Assembly (NCBI GenBank): GCA_977017645.1
Contig: OZ360235.1
Coordinates: 39,060,001-39,124,000, forward strand
Direction: 5' to 3'
Length of the DNA stretch: 64,000 nucleotides
Source of the DNA: Torpedo marmorata
Lineage: Eukaryota
Below the pieces are notes generated by a model. It saw only the letters and a list, made by a program, of their open reading frames with translations. It ran no database searches and was not told the DNA's origin. This document shows, piece after piece, positions 1 through 12,838 of this stretch. The first letter of the stretch is position 1; every line of letters begins with the position of its first letter. A program made the position numbers and the translations under genes.

Positions 1-71
1 AAATGTTGGCATTCTTGCAAATAAAACATTTTTGCTTCTAAATGTCAGCAAGGTTGGGACCATGTGGAGTT

Positions 72-700
72 CAGATCAGATACTATTTATTGCATATAAT
101 AAAATAGAAATGTAATATTATATGAAAATGCCTTTAGTCTGCCATAAGGCAGACAAAGATTCACCATTAACATTGCCCGGTGCCCCTTACAGTCAGAGAA
201 AGAGAAGCAAAAGAGAGTCCCCCCAGAGTCAGTGCATGTCCATGGATTCTCCTCTAGTGCTTCTGCAGCCGCACAAGACTCCAGTTCAGTTCAAACCATC
301 GGCAACCTGAGTGCAGATCCAAACCTCCAACACGATGAGAAAGCCTTCAACGCCCAGGGCCCTTCAGGAGCCCTCCTTGCCATCTGCATCCTCTTGAATC
401 CCGGTTCCGATACCTGGTTCTCATGAGCCAGTCTCCAGCAGCCTTCAGCCTGGTGTGAGTCCTTTGACCTCAAGTCACCCGCAGCCTGTGTGTGTCCTTC
501 AGCCGCAGAGCCCCTCGCTGATCCTTGGGGTCTCCACCTCGACCGGGGGTGTTCTCCTTGTTACTGGTGCCCTGCGTCAGTCTGCTACTCCCTGGAGTCG
601 GCAACCCCTCGAGGCCGCTGTCAAACACAGGTGCCACCATCTTGGGCCCAGACCCCACGGTTGCAGAATTTTAAATAAAACACCGTCGGCTCCTTTAACA
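72..700 (-). mobile_element. Non-autonomous retroelement with LINE-type 3' tail shared with the 5S-SINE
   Basis: 72-195 aligns by eye with the tails at 12690-12838 and 58629-58755. The GC-richer body to ~700 has no recognisable coding remnant. Confidence 0.45.
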
Positions 701-1686
701 TAAATGCTGAGGATTCTGCCCACAAATCCTATCCCAGCTGAGAACTGATCACTTTAGAACAATAGAACATACAACACAGAAACAGGCCTCTTCGGCCCTT
801 CTTGTCTGTGCCGAACTATTATTTTGCCTCGCACCACTGACCTGCACCCTGCCAATATCTCTCCATATTCCTCCCATCCATGTACCTGTACAATTTTTTC
901 TTAAATGTTAAAATTGAGCCCACATTCACCACTTCAGCTGGCAGCTCGTTCCACACTCCCACCACTCTCTTAACGAAGAAATTCCCCCTAATGTTCCCCC
1001 TGAAACACCCTTAACCCATGTCCTCTGGTTTGTATCTCACCTAACCTCAGTGGAAAAAAAACTACTTGCATTTACTTTATCTATAACCATTGTAATTTTG
1101 AACCTCAATAAAATCTCTTATTCTTCTCTGTTCCAAACAGGTCCTAAGCTCTTTAACCTTTCCCTGTAACTCAGTTCCTGAAGTCCCGGCAACATCCTAG
1201 TAAACCTTCTCCGCACTCTTTCAATGTTATTGATATCTTTCCTGTAGTTAGGTGACCAAAACTGCACACAATACTCCAATTTTGGCCTCACCAATGTCTT
1301 ATACAACTTTAGCATAACGTCCCAACTCCAAAACTCAATACTTCGATTTATGAAGGCCAATATGCCAAAAGCTTTCTTTACAACCCTATCCACCTGTGAC
1401 GCCACTTTCAGAGAATTATGTATCTGTATTCTCAGATCCCTCTGTTCTTCTGCACTTCTCGGTGCCGTACCATTTACCATGTATGTCCTACCTTGGTTTG
1501 TCCTTCCAAAATGCAACACTTCACACTTGTCTGCATTAAATTCCATTTAACATTTTGCAGCCCATTTTTCCAGCTAGTCCAGATCCCTCTGCAAGCTTTG
1601 AAAGCCTTCCTCGCTGTCCGCAACGCCTCCAATCTTTGAGTCATCTCCAAACTTGCTGATCCAATTTACCACATTATCATTTAGGT

Positions 1687-2621
1687 CAGCCATTCTGAAC
1701 CTTTTTTTGGCTATGGCCCCCTTAGGACTCTGCTCAAAGTTTATGGGCCCCCTTCCCTGTGAAGCAATCAAGTTTAGATGGTTCCTTCCGTACTTCTCTC
1801 CTATCGACGACATAAAAAACAAAGATATGGGCATGGTTGTAATTTGATCTTAAAAATCGTTAATAAAATTTGGTTTTTCTTGAGCACCAGATATACCTCT
1901 ATCAGCAACTCAGGAGAACGTTTTAGCCTTTACCATGTTGATAGCTAGATGAGCAATCTTATTGAAATGGAAAGAAGATTCTTCACCTACTCATACACAA
2001 TGGTTACACGATGTAATGTCTTGTCTTAACTCAGAGAAAATTAGAAACAACATTAAAGACAATAACTTTCAATTTTATAAGATCTGGGGCCCATTCATGG
2101 AATATTATCCCGATTGGAAGATTTAAGAAGTTTGGATGCTCCGAGGATTCTGTCTAATGTCTGGAGGTTGCTATTTGATCCATATTTGTACCTTTTTTCA
2201 ATGGAAACCTTGATTAGAGGAAGGGGTTAGATTAAAATTAGGTTAGAATTAGGTTAGTTTTGTTATTTTTGTTGGAATATTTTTCTTTTTTTTATTCTTT
2301 TTTACTATCTTTTATTTTTTTTTTTAGTAATTAGAAAACAGGTTTGACTATCTCTGTTACTGTTTACTTTAAATCAAATAGAATTAACTTCGGTTTATAT
2401 AGAAAATAGTTCTATGTAGTTCCAATATGTTAGTTTACATGTATACGAAAAGATTTGTTATTTGTTGATTACAGATTATGTATGTATGATATATGTTAAA
2501 CTCAATAAAAATATTTTAAAAAGAAAAAAAAAACAAAGATATTTTATGATTTCTGTCCATGGCCCCCTTAAATGTGCTGTGGTCCCCAGGGGGCATGTAT
2601 GGCCCCCGTTGAAAATGGCTG
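1687..2621. mobile_element. hAT-type non-autonomous DNA element (contains an L1 insertion)
   Basis: Imperfect 14-bp TIRs CAGCCATTCTGAAC / GTTGAAAATGGCTG and subterminal GGCCCC repeats. TSD is only approximate (ATTTAGGT vs ATCTAGAT, 2-nt offset). Confidence 0.7.
1829..2527 (+). mobile_element. L1-clade 3' fragment with short 5' inversion
   Basis: ORF2 C-terminal remnant (ILLKWKEDSSPTHTQW), AATAAA and A-rich tail. 15-bp TSD AAAAAACAAAGATAT at 1814-1828 and 2528-2542. 1829-1873 is antisense. Confidence 0.85.
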
Positions 2622-3106
2622 AAATCTAGATGACAAACAACAATGGACCCTGAAGGAGCACTGATCCATGAGGCACACCACTAGTCACGGGCCTCCAGTC
2701 AGCGAGGCAATCATCCACTACCACTTGCTCGTTTCTTCCATGAAGGCAATGTTGAATCCAGTGTACTACCTCACCACTACACTTATTAAAAAGAAATTTA
2801 GCAATAAAGTAAGCTGTATTTGTTTTGTTTTTATTGGGTTTTGCAGTAGCATTTTTAGTTTTTTAAGTGATTTTGCTTTTTAAAAACGCAGCTGTTTCAT
2901 TTTTAATAGTCTTCGTAGACTTCTGAATATCAAGAACACAAAAGCTGCCATCTGTCTGGTGTTGCTAACTAATTGGCAAGGTATTCTGTTCATGCACATT
3001 GTGTGATCCCCAGTTGTGTTTGAACAAAGAAATTTGGTCTGGTGGACTCAATTGGATTAGTTCAGGGTAATGGGCAATCCCCTTGCCAGATATCAGATTG
3101 AACAGT

Positions 3107-4216
3107 TCAGAATCAGAATCAAAATTTATTGTCATGAACAAGTCATGAAATTCGGTGTTTTGCGGCAGCATCATAGTGCAAACATTCATATTATAACCAT
3201 CTTACGACATTACTATTAAAAATATATATAAATAATAGTGCACGAAAAGTAAGGCAGTGTGTCTTTGGTTCATTGATTATTCAGCAATCTGATGGCAGTG
3301 GGGAAGAAGCTGTCCTTGTGCCGTTGAGTGCTCGTCTTTAGGCTCCTGTACCTTTTTCCTGATGGTAGCAGAGTGAAGAGGGCATGGCCTGGGTGGTGGG
3401 GGTCTTTGAGGATAGAGGCTGCTTTTTTTAAGACACCGCCTCATGTAGATGTCCTCGATGGAGTGAAGTCCGGTGCCTGTGATGTCACAGGCCGAGTTAA
3501 CAACCCTCTGGAGTTTATTCTTGTCCTGAGAGCTGGCGCCTCCATACCAGGCAGTGATGCAACCAGCCAGAATGCTCTCCACGGTACACCTGTAGAAGTT
3601 TATGAGAGCCTTCGGTGACATACCGAATCTCCTCAGACACCTCACAAAGTATAGCCGCTGACGAGCCTTCTTTGTGATTGCATCAACGTGGAGGCTCCGG
3701 GACAGATCCTCAGAGATGTTGACACGTAGAAATTTGAAGTTCTTGACCCTCTCCACTACTGAGCCCTCGATGAGGACTGGATCATGTTCCCCTGACTTCC
3801 TCCTGAAGTCCATAATCATTTCCTTGGTTTTGCTGACATTGAGCGCAAGGTTGTTGTCGTTACACCATTCAACGAGCTGATCTATCTCCCTCCTGTACGC
3901 TTCCTCATTGCCGTTTGTGATTCTGCCGACAACTGTGGTGTCATCGGCAAACTTGTAAATGGCATTGGAATTGTGCCTGGCAACACAGTCATGGGTGTAT
4001 AACGAGTAGAGCAATGGGCAAAGCACGCATCCTTGGGGTGTGCTTGTATTGATAATTAGTGAGGAGGAGACATTGTTTCAAATTCGTACTGACTGTGGTC
4101 TTCCGATGAGAAAGTCAAGGATCCAGTTGCAGAGTGGGGTACAGAGGCCTAGAGTTTGTAGCTTCTTGACCAGCACTGAGGGAATAATGGTATTGAAGGC
4201 CGAGCTGTGGTCGATG
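3107..4216 (-). mobile_element. Rex1/Babar-like non-LTR retrotransposon 3' part
   Basis: 249-aa RT remnant (PLLYSLYTHDC, KFADDTTVVG, KKARQRLYF) and a (GATTCT)n-type 3' tail. Confidence 0.85.
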
Positions 4217-6127
4217 CATGATACTGGCAAGATGACAAAGACTTCTTTGCATGCGGAAGTTGTAAGAATAAAACATGGATCTGCTCAAACAACATGTTCC
4301 CTGCCTTGAGCTCTCTGGAGAAGCTTCATAATACTGAAGGGAATAGGTGTTGATGTTTGTGGTGGTTCACAGCCTGGTCACGAGGGCAAATTTAGAAGCT
4401 AATGATCTCCAGTGGGTAGAAGAGGCATCCTGTTCTATTCATGAAGAATGTATCCAGCTACAATATGAATAAACATAACTGTCAATTCCCCATTCACCAA
4501 AATGTTCACAGCCATCACAGGTCTACTTAATAATTCACAAATGAAAGCACGCCAAAATAAAACTTTGATTTGTAAATTTGGTCTTCAAAGAATGCAATTT
4601 AGCACATAAATGTTAATTAATTTTAACTGATCTTTATCTTTCGTATACTATCCTCTCCATATACTAGCCACTTGCAGATGTATAGCTATGATTTGCAATG
4701 AAGAATTTACGGCTTCGGAGGATGGCCTGATCAGCGCTGGGCCTTGGTGGGCTGAAATTGGACTGCATTCTGGCTGATTAGCTAATGTGAAAACAAGAGC
4801 TCTGTTGGAATACCTGTTGTCAATCAGAAATGCAGTTACATCGAGAAACAGCTTATTTGTGCTCATTTGAGACATGGCTGGTGTATCACACTGCTCTTAA
4901 TAATCTATTGAAGGACAGATAACTCAACACTTTTGATGTTCTGCAAGACCCTTTGAATGCTGGTATCCACAGCCATGATAGCAACTGTCTTCTGTGATGG
5001 ACATCTGATCCAACATTGCAGCAGTCAGATGATGTGTGGCTTCAGGAGCTATGTTTCAATTTGCACGTGCGCATAAATAGAGCTGTCCTCAACCTTCCAT
5101 TGTGAAGTGGATAGACTTCAGTTTTGCAAAGCCTCGTTCCAGGTTGGAATTGTACTCCTCCATGCTCCTTGACGTGCATGCCAACTTTCTGGCAGATCTC
5201 TCAATGCACCGTACTCTATTGTGTACATCCATCAAGCTCGTCCATTCTTTTGCCCCGACAGAATCCTCACCTAAGTCATCTGCAGTAGAATTTGTGTGAA
5301 GCCACAGATGATGTCCCTGTGCTGCCCATTCCCCTTGCCCAAGGTGCAAGACATGTTAGTTTATAACCTGGGAAGTTGTACAGCATCAGTACCTGAGCTA
5401 AAACATGTGATTCTCCTTTAGGTTTGCTCTCTTGCTATGGCCTGGTTGTCTGAGAGAAGAAATACACGAGGGTGAGATTGTGGGCAGGTTCCTTCAGTGT
5501 CAGCGACAATCATTGTCTTTTTGCCTTTCACCAGAAAATGCAGTCAATAATTATTTTTGCATCACATAAAGAGGAGCTTAAAATCTGCATCATATAGTTG
5601 TCAACATTTGTTCATTGGCATTTATTCAAATCATTTTCAGAAAGCAATTTGAGAGACTGATTGCTTCAGTTGGACTAACTCAATAAGGTGGGAAAATCCA
5701 GGAAAATTCTACACTGAACTTAAAGTGGGATGATTCTCCAGTTGATGGAAAAATAGAGGGCCAGAATATACTGACCACACCATTATTATTTATGCACAGA
5801 CTGTAGAGCAACTTGAGGCAAGGGCAGCTGCTCTATCTTGAACATTGCCCAAATGGCATCTCACTCTTTATGTCATTATTGGAATCCATTGAATGGCATG
5901 AAATTTTGATACATGCATGGCAGATTTAAAAAAAACCTAATATTGTAATAGAAGTTTGACTGTTTCAGTCTAATTATTTTAAACAAAGTGATGAATCTTA
6001 ATAAATGCCAAGTTAACCCCCAGCACTGAAAATTAACTGACACGAGCATGAAGTTATCATTCTTTCATGTTGGAGATTTTAAAAATAAATGACATTTTTA
6101 ACTTTCTGTCTCATTTTTCTCTCTTTA

Positions 6128-6270
6128 ATTTTAATTTAATTTGGAGATACAACACGGTAACAGGCCCGTCTGGCCAACGAGCCTGCACCTCTCAAATATA
6201 GCCATGTGACTAATTAACCTACTAATCCCGCAAGTCTTTGGAACATGGGAGGCACCCAGAGGAAACCCAT
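6128..6270 (-). mobile_element. V-SINE (HE1-like) 3' fragment
   Basis: Similar to 17322-17460, with a V-domain remnant GGGTTTCCTCTGGGTGC. Confidence 0.7.
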
Positions 6271-7093
6271 TGATTCAGTTCTTTTATTTTCTGGCTACCT
6301 ATTTCACCTTCTATACTTGATTTGTAGTTGAATTCACCACTAAAACTTCCTGAATCAAAATCAAAGTTGATCATTGAATTTTTTTTTCCCAGTCTACTGG
6401 GTTAAGGAGATGCTCGTTCTGTTGATGATGCTGTGTAATTTCCATTTTCACTTTGCAAATTCCAGCACAAAATCTCACAGCAATTAAACGAACAAGTGCA
6501 AGTCTGAAGAACTTTTCACAATGTTTTCCAGCCACAGTAATTAATGGCCCATATTGCAACAGCTTTTTACTCTTCAAAGGTGCTTCAGTAGCTGGAAAGA
6601 GGTTTGAGATATTGAAGCAATGAAATACATCATGTCAATGCCTTATTTTTTAAATGAAGTGCAAACTTTTAATCAAAACGTGATTTAAGGAGGTCTGAGT
6701 GTCACACATAACTGAGTTTGCTGACACGATAAAGTAAACTAACAAAATAGAAACAAGTCTCCAAAATGTGATTGGGCAAGAATGTAGCTTGTGTCTCATA
6801 AAGTGGTGAATGTGGAGTTGGTAATTTTTGAACAAAGAACAGAAAATCAGAAAGTTTTAATCATGATAAACATGAGATTTGATATTCAGAGCAAATCAGA
6901 TACTATTGAACACAAATAATAAAGTTAATATATTGGACAGCAAGGTGTGGACACCCTTCTTCAACAAATTCAAGGCGTGAGAGAAATAGGCCCTGGTGCA
7001 ATTGACTACTGTATTCAGGACTTTGGTGAAACTACACCTGGAGTACTGTGTATAATTTTAGTCACCTTGAAGGGAAATATACTTGCCTCAGTG

Positions 7094-7301
7094 CAGTGGT
7101 TCTCAACCAGTGGGCCATAGCGTGCTTACATGTGGGTCTTTAAAAATGTGAAATAGAATACTTTAAATTAGATAAAGATGTGTTTCTTACAGAGTTGCCT
7201 TTGACTTGAAAATATTGCTCAGTCATTACCACTAGTGGGCCATGGCATGTTAGGCCAGAAGCCAGGTGGGCCTTAGACTGAAAAAAGGTTGAGAACCACT
7301 G
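7094..7301. mobile_element. hAT (Charlie-type) MITE inside an old CR1 fragment
   Basis: Perfect 15-bp TIR CAGTGGTTCTCAACC and 8-bp TSD CCTCAGTG/CCTTAGTG (7/8). Confidence 0.9.
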
Positions 7302-8405
7302 CCTTAGTGGATATGCAACAATAATTAATGAGATTGATTCTTGTGTGTAGAGGGGAAATGAAGTGAACTATGAGGAAGAATCAGTCTTCATCCATCAAGT
7401 TTACAAGACTAAATGATCTTATTGAAATACATTGCTTTCTTAAGGATCTTTGCAAGTTAAATGCTGAGATGTTGCTTCTCCCAAGTGAAATATCTAGACC
7501 TTGGAGTTGTACTCTCAGAACAAGGGATCAGCCATTGAATACAGGATCAAGAAATTGCTTCCCCAAGGAGATTGCATTTCTTGGAATATCCAGGCCCAAG
7601 ACATGGTGAATGCTCAGCAGTAGACTAATATCTACAGAATTGAATTGTAGTTAGGACTGACATGCATAGAATTTTGGACATTAAAGAAATTGAGGGTGAT
7701 GGGGATGATAACTCTAAAGTCGTGAAGGGTCATCAATCTGAAAAGTTAACTCTGTTTCTCTTTTTGTAGACACAGCTCAGCTACTGAGAATTTCCAGCAT
7801 TTTCTGGTTTTATTTCAGATGTACACATCTGCATTTATTTTAACTTTCAATTATTTTACACAGAGGTGGATTTGTTTGGTTTTGTTTCAAGGAATTACAG
7901 TACATCAGATATGAGGAATTTTAAATACTGAGGGGGAAAAAAGCTGACAAATTCATATTCAAAGTATTTTGATCAATTGCTTCACCATTTTATATCCTTT
8001 TGTTCATTCTGCCTTACATACTATGCCTGTTGCTAAAATAAATCACTAATTTTTTTTTTTCAAATGTTTCCTCCTCCTACTTTGACGCTTATTCCCTCTG
8101 CTACTTTACTCTGTTTTACTTTCGACCATAACCAATGTATTGACTGTGACGGTGTTGATAGTGAGTTGTATAAACAATAGTGTGGCAATAGATTCTAAGG
8201 CAAGCAGGCAGTATATGTACTCCAAAAAGTTAGCTTTTAATGTATTTGTGCATATTTATCTTGAATGCAAACTAAAATCTGAGATATTTACAAAACAACA
8301 AGTTCTGAAGATCATTTATACCTTGTGCATACAAAAACAAATGTACTCAGTGTTACATTTCAGTGATAATCTGCACATTTTGTTGACTATATTCTGTATT
8401 TTCAG

Positions 8406-8527
8406 GACTTCCCAGCATACTCCCGTGTGAGTCCCATACACCTAACCAACGGTAGTCCCCGGACTTGCCGGAATCCTGCACTCAGTGCAATAAGCCCAGA
8501 TGGAGCCAGAATTGTCAACAGACGCAG
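8406..8527 (+). CDS. DOCK4: DOCK4 internal coding exon (just after the DHR-2 domain)
   Basis: ttcag|GAC...CGCAG|gtaaaa, 122 nt, phase 0->2. Reads DFPAYSRVSPIHLTNGSPRTCRNPALSAISPDGARIVNRRS, similar to recalled human EFSACMQASPVHFPNGSPRVCRNSAPASVSPDGTRVIPRRS. Confidence 0.9.
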
Positions 8528-10851
8528 GTAAAATTGCAACCAAGACAATGTATTGTTTTGAAATGAATGCTTTCTCTGTAAGATGACAGTTTTTCACTTT
8601 TATTCACAGAGCATAGAGGTGAGAAATGTTATATTCTGCACACCCTCTTAATTACCCAGGAGAGAACAGGCAGTTGAAAGACCAATACATATAATTTTAG
8701 TGTAATTAGTCTTCCAGATTAAAAGTAACCATTTAGTTCTCATGCTCTGTTATTACCCTACAGCTCTTCATCTCTTTAACCAATTTCATTTGTTTGTGTA
8801 TTGGAAAACATATATTCTTTTATCACGAGAAAGCATGGTCTAAACGCATCCCAATTGCTAATGGAAGTGATGATATATCAACAACTGCTTGAATACTTGC
8901 ACCCACAGTTTAGAACCCACTATGTCCTGGCATCATGCATTCTTCTGTAATAGGGACAGTCGCAATTTTAAAATTTCAAATGATTGACTTACTGCTCTGA
9001 TCCAATTACGTTCACAATTTAACCTTGGTACAGTGAAGAAGCTCATAAGTGCCCACCTAAAAGAACTTCATTACTCGTATGAAATTGTACTTTTACAACA
9101 TATATTAGGATTCAATTTGGAAGAAATGTATGCTTTACTTGATTTGCTCACAAGTTAGCAGTGAAGAACATGAAACTTCAAAGATAAATATAAATGATTT
9201 ATTTTTGGCCAGAAGGGATTACCTCTTCATATGATACTGGAGAATCATGCGGGCTGATGCCATCCAGGCATTCCTTCCTCCATTATGGTGCCCAAACATC
9301 CACCCCTACACTACATCTCTGAATCTAGCATCTTGCAGCTGGTGTTGTACGACTTGAATCCTTTTCAGAGATCCTTCAGCCTCTGGGGAATCTGTGAATC
9401 AAATGCTTTATTAGTTTATGAATAGTCACTTTATTCATTACAATGTGAGACCTACAATATGAAGATATGGACTGTGACTGGTGGTTACATGACAAGTGGT
9501 TGGGCAGAGAAAGTTGTTGTCTTGAACTGACCAGGGAATTTGATGAGGACACTCCCTTTTTTTGTAGAGTGCCTTAATTGTCTTAAGCTGATGAGTTGCC
9601 AAGCACTCCCTCCCTGTCCGTCACCATTCCCATTTGCTGCAGAAGTGAACCAATCGCCAACAGGCAGTTTCCTTCGTGGACTCCACTTCAATAAGATCAC
9701 AGTTATATTGCTTTCCTGTGTTTCTGTCTTATGATAGTTTGCTTAAAGAACCTTTCTAGATAACAACTTTCTGAGCCAATGTCTTCATCCCTTCTCTGTC
9801 TGGATTTGTTCACCGCGAAGCCTCTTTTCTCCTTATCTCTTTTTCAGCCAACATAGTTCTTACCATTTCATCTTTCCAGAAGAAAGAGGCCTAATCAAAA
9901 CACTCACCAAAACACTTCTACTTGGAAACCATCTTTAAAAGGACATCTTAATTATTTTGTAATCTAATATCCAGTGCATTAATAAGATGGTCAGTACAAT
10001 CCTACAGCTATTTGAAGTAGATCTGACCCAATTGTAGTGGCGAGTCCACACATGGTATAAAGCTTCTAAGGTTAATTGGGACCTGCTGAAATTGGACGAG
10101 AAATGCCAGAGAGCCTTCTGATATTCAGTCCTCACTAGAAACACAGAAATTCTGATTTCTTATACAAATGGTTCATCCATTGTTTATTTAAACAGAAGGT
10201 CTATATCTTTTCATCTCTGTCCATATTCAAGGAGTTCCAGGTTGATCTGCCTAATATCATTAATATTTCAATAATATCCAGTCAACTTACTTTTATCTCT
10301 TTGGCCTCCACCCATCTAATCCATGTCCACAAAAGGACGATTCCAGTTTTTGGGCATCCAGAAAATGTTTCTAGTTGACATGTGAAAAAATTCACACAAG
10401 TAATGCAAAGTGATCTTCCTCTCTACTCATCCATCTGTAACGTTCCCCCACATGCTATTTCCTTCCCCTAAATGACATGGCAACACGGACTAACCAACCT
10501 TTGGAAAAGTCTTGAATTACATGAGCTCTTAGCAAGATCTGAACTCAGATGAGAAAAGATAAAATAACTTGTTATCTCCCTTAATCGACTAAATTCTCAT
10601 TAATAACCACTGGGTAAATTGAAATACTGGGCCTAACCTATTTCTGTACTGCAGAGCACTGACTATGCTCCATTCATTGTTGTGTGGTGTTGTACCATCA
10701 ATCACAAAGAGAAAATGTAGAACAGCTAAGTTTTTCTAGAATAAATATGAGCCATTCAACAATTTCTATATTACCATTCTATTATGTCAGTTGTGGAGAA
10801 TAACTACATTTCTGTTGCTAATGATGGATTGTGTTCTGCTATTTATTACAG

Positions 10852-10972
10852 CCCTTTAAGTTATCCAGCATTCAACAGATACTCTTCTTCATCCTTGTCA
10901 TCTCAAGCATCAGCTGAAGTTAGCAATATCACCGGGCAGTCCGAAAGCTCAGATGAAGTTTTTCATATGCAG
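10852..10972 (+). CDS. DOCK4: DOCK4 coding exon (Ser-rich C-terminal region)
   Basis: tacag|C...ATGCAG|gtatat, 121 nt, phase 2->0. Reads PLSYPAFNRYSSSSLSSQASAEVSNITGQSESSDEVFHMQ, nearly identical to recalled human DOCK4. Confidence 0.95.
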
Positions 10973-11265
10973 GTATATCATGTCTTCTATAAATGAAAAT
11001 TTGGGTGTTACTGAGTGGCTTTGCACTTTTTCCATCACATCCTACAGATTGTGCAGAGCAAAAGGTGCCATCCCAAAACCAACATGCGATGGAGAAGAGA
11101 AGGGATTGAAAATTGCTAACCATAGTGGGATGGAGGGGTTGGGGCAAGAATGAATTATTAGGAATAAGATGGGAGAAGGTCTTTGAACAGTGTGGGTGGA
11201 AGGGTCAGGTGAGCAATTCCAAAGGGGGCTGTGTTGAGTGATCAGGAATTTGGGGGTGTGGGAGG

Positions 11266-12015
11266 TGTTACGTGTGATCAAATCAGGTTCGGTGGAGTGT
11301 TACGTGTGATCAAATCAGGTTCGGTGGAGTGTTAACGTGTGATCAAATCAGGTTCAGTGGGTTCACAGAGAAACAAGTCCAGACACAGGCTAAACAAACA
11401 AAGGATGATTTTTATTGCACACACGGGGAAATAGTAACGGGGAAGACACAAAACAATATTCGGTACTTTAAACAATGTAAGCAGTCACATCGGATACAGC
11501 AATCTCCAGGACCAGTGGCTGCTTACTCTCTCTCTCACACACGTGAAGTAATATTCAGTAACTAGCATACTCTTACTTTACAAGGACTTCAACACATACT
11601 CCCGATTCCCTGTTCCAATGGGGTACGGCTCAATGCTAAGTATTCCCACACAATACTACGGTCCCGCTCTAAGTGTAGTGCACACCTTACCAATGGCTCC
11701 TCCAGCGATGTCCATTGTTCGCGACCTAGCGTAGAGCAGTATTCGTAGTCAGGACCAAGGAGCAAAGAGAATGTGCTGCTGCTCGTGGTGGGCTTTTAAA
11801 GTGCAGTAATCTGGGGAGTCCGGCCCAGGTAATCACTAAGTGATTTAAAGGGGCCAATGGTCAGGTGTGCACTAATGGTTGGGCAAAGTCCAACCTTGAT
11901 TGGCAGGTGATGCGACCTCCGACTAGGTTCCAGACGGAGAGGCCACATGACTCTCTACAATCCACATTCCCACCAGATTCCAGATGGAGAGGCCACATGA
12001 CTCTCTACAATCCAC
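11266..12015 (-). mobile_element. Solo LTR-like element with tandemly duplicated termini
   Basis: TG...CA ends and a minus-strand AATAAA. Shares the GGTGTGCACTAAT...CCTTGATTGGCAGGTG block with 55168-55221. Three 32-bp units at the left end and two 38-bp units at the right. No clean TSD. Confidence 0.65.
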
Positions 12016-12237
12016 CCTGCAGGAGGGATCTGTCGTGAATTTTGTGATTGCAGGTGGAGTGTGGATATTACTGTGCACATGTTCCAGCCACATTTGTCTG
12101 CAGGTTATCCCTGAGAGATCATACACGTGTGTTTTTTTTTTCCCTCTTGGGTGCATGTCTTATACACATACTGGGCCATTACTCCTTTAAAGTTAAATGT
12201 TCCCTTTAATAATAAATATGTTGTGTATCTTTTGTAG

Positions 12238-12319
12238 GCAAGTCCATCTACCTCAAGCTTAAGCTCCACACATTCAGCCTCCCCAAATATTACAAGCTCA
12301 GCTCCATCTAGTGCCAGAG
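12238..12319 (+). CDS. DOCK4: DOCK4 coding exon
   Basis: tgtag|GCA...AGAG|gtaggt, 82 nt, phase 0->1. Reads ASPSTSSLSSTHSASPNITSSAPSSAR. Confidence 0.95.
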
Positions 12320-12446
12320 GTAGGTTGGCTCAGTTATATTAACCACTCTTTTTATTTATAGTTGAATTCTAAATCCTTTATTAGAATGTACATATTTATG
12401 ATAATGGTCAAGTGATTTAAAGGAAAATGCTTACTCTGTATTTTAG

Positions 12447-12556
12447 GTTCTCCACTGCTAGCTGATAAGCACAAACATTCAAGAGAAAATACATGCCTTT
12501 CTCCCAGAGAACGGCCTTGTAGTGCCATTTATCCAATATCCATGGAACCAACACAG
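12447..12556 (+). CDS. DOCK4: DOCK4 coding exon
   Basis: tttag|GT...CAG|gtaagg, 110 nt, phase 1->0. Reads GSPLLADKHKHSRENTCLSPRERPCSAIYPISMEPTQ. Confidence 0.95.
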
Positions 12557-12689
12557 GTAAGGAGACTATAAGGAAAGATCAGTGTCAGCCTTGCTTATAA
12601 ATAAGTATGACTGCAAACACAAGAATGCAAACTGACTAAAATTGTTTATTTCACAATTAAAGTTGACACACAGCGACTCTGAAAGGACT

Positions 12690-12838
12690 CTCTTTGGCTT
12701 CTCTTTCTCTTACTGTAAGGGGCACCTGGTGACATTAATGATGACTCTTTGTCCACCTTACAGCAGGCAGAAGGCAATTTCATGTATTATTACATGTTCT
12801 GTACTATTACATGACAATAAAGGAATCTTGAATCTTGG
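12690..12838 (+). mobile_element. Isolated LINE-type 3' tail module
   Basis: CTGTAAGGGGCACC...GACAATAAAGG followed by (AATCTTG)2. Homologous to 72-195 and to the 5S-SINE tail. Confidence 0.6.

Larger units (their letters stand above)
755..2777 (-). mobile_element. CR1 LINE 3' fragment, interrupted at 1687-2621
   Basis: RT-associated peptides FNADKCEVLHFG, LYKTLVRPKLEYCVQFWSP and ISKF.DD.K. CR1 sequence resumes after 2622. Confidence 0.9.

Noticed and set aside
4220-5400. Moderately GC-rich, coding-like intronic stretch
   Set aside because: It has no DOCK4 homology or consistent splice frame. It is probably a decayed retroelement, but I cannot assign it.
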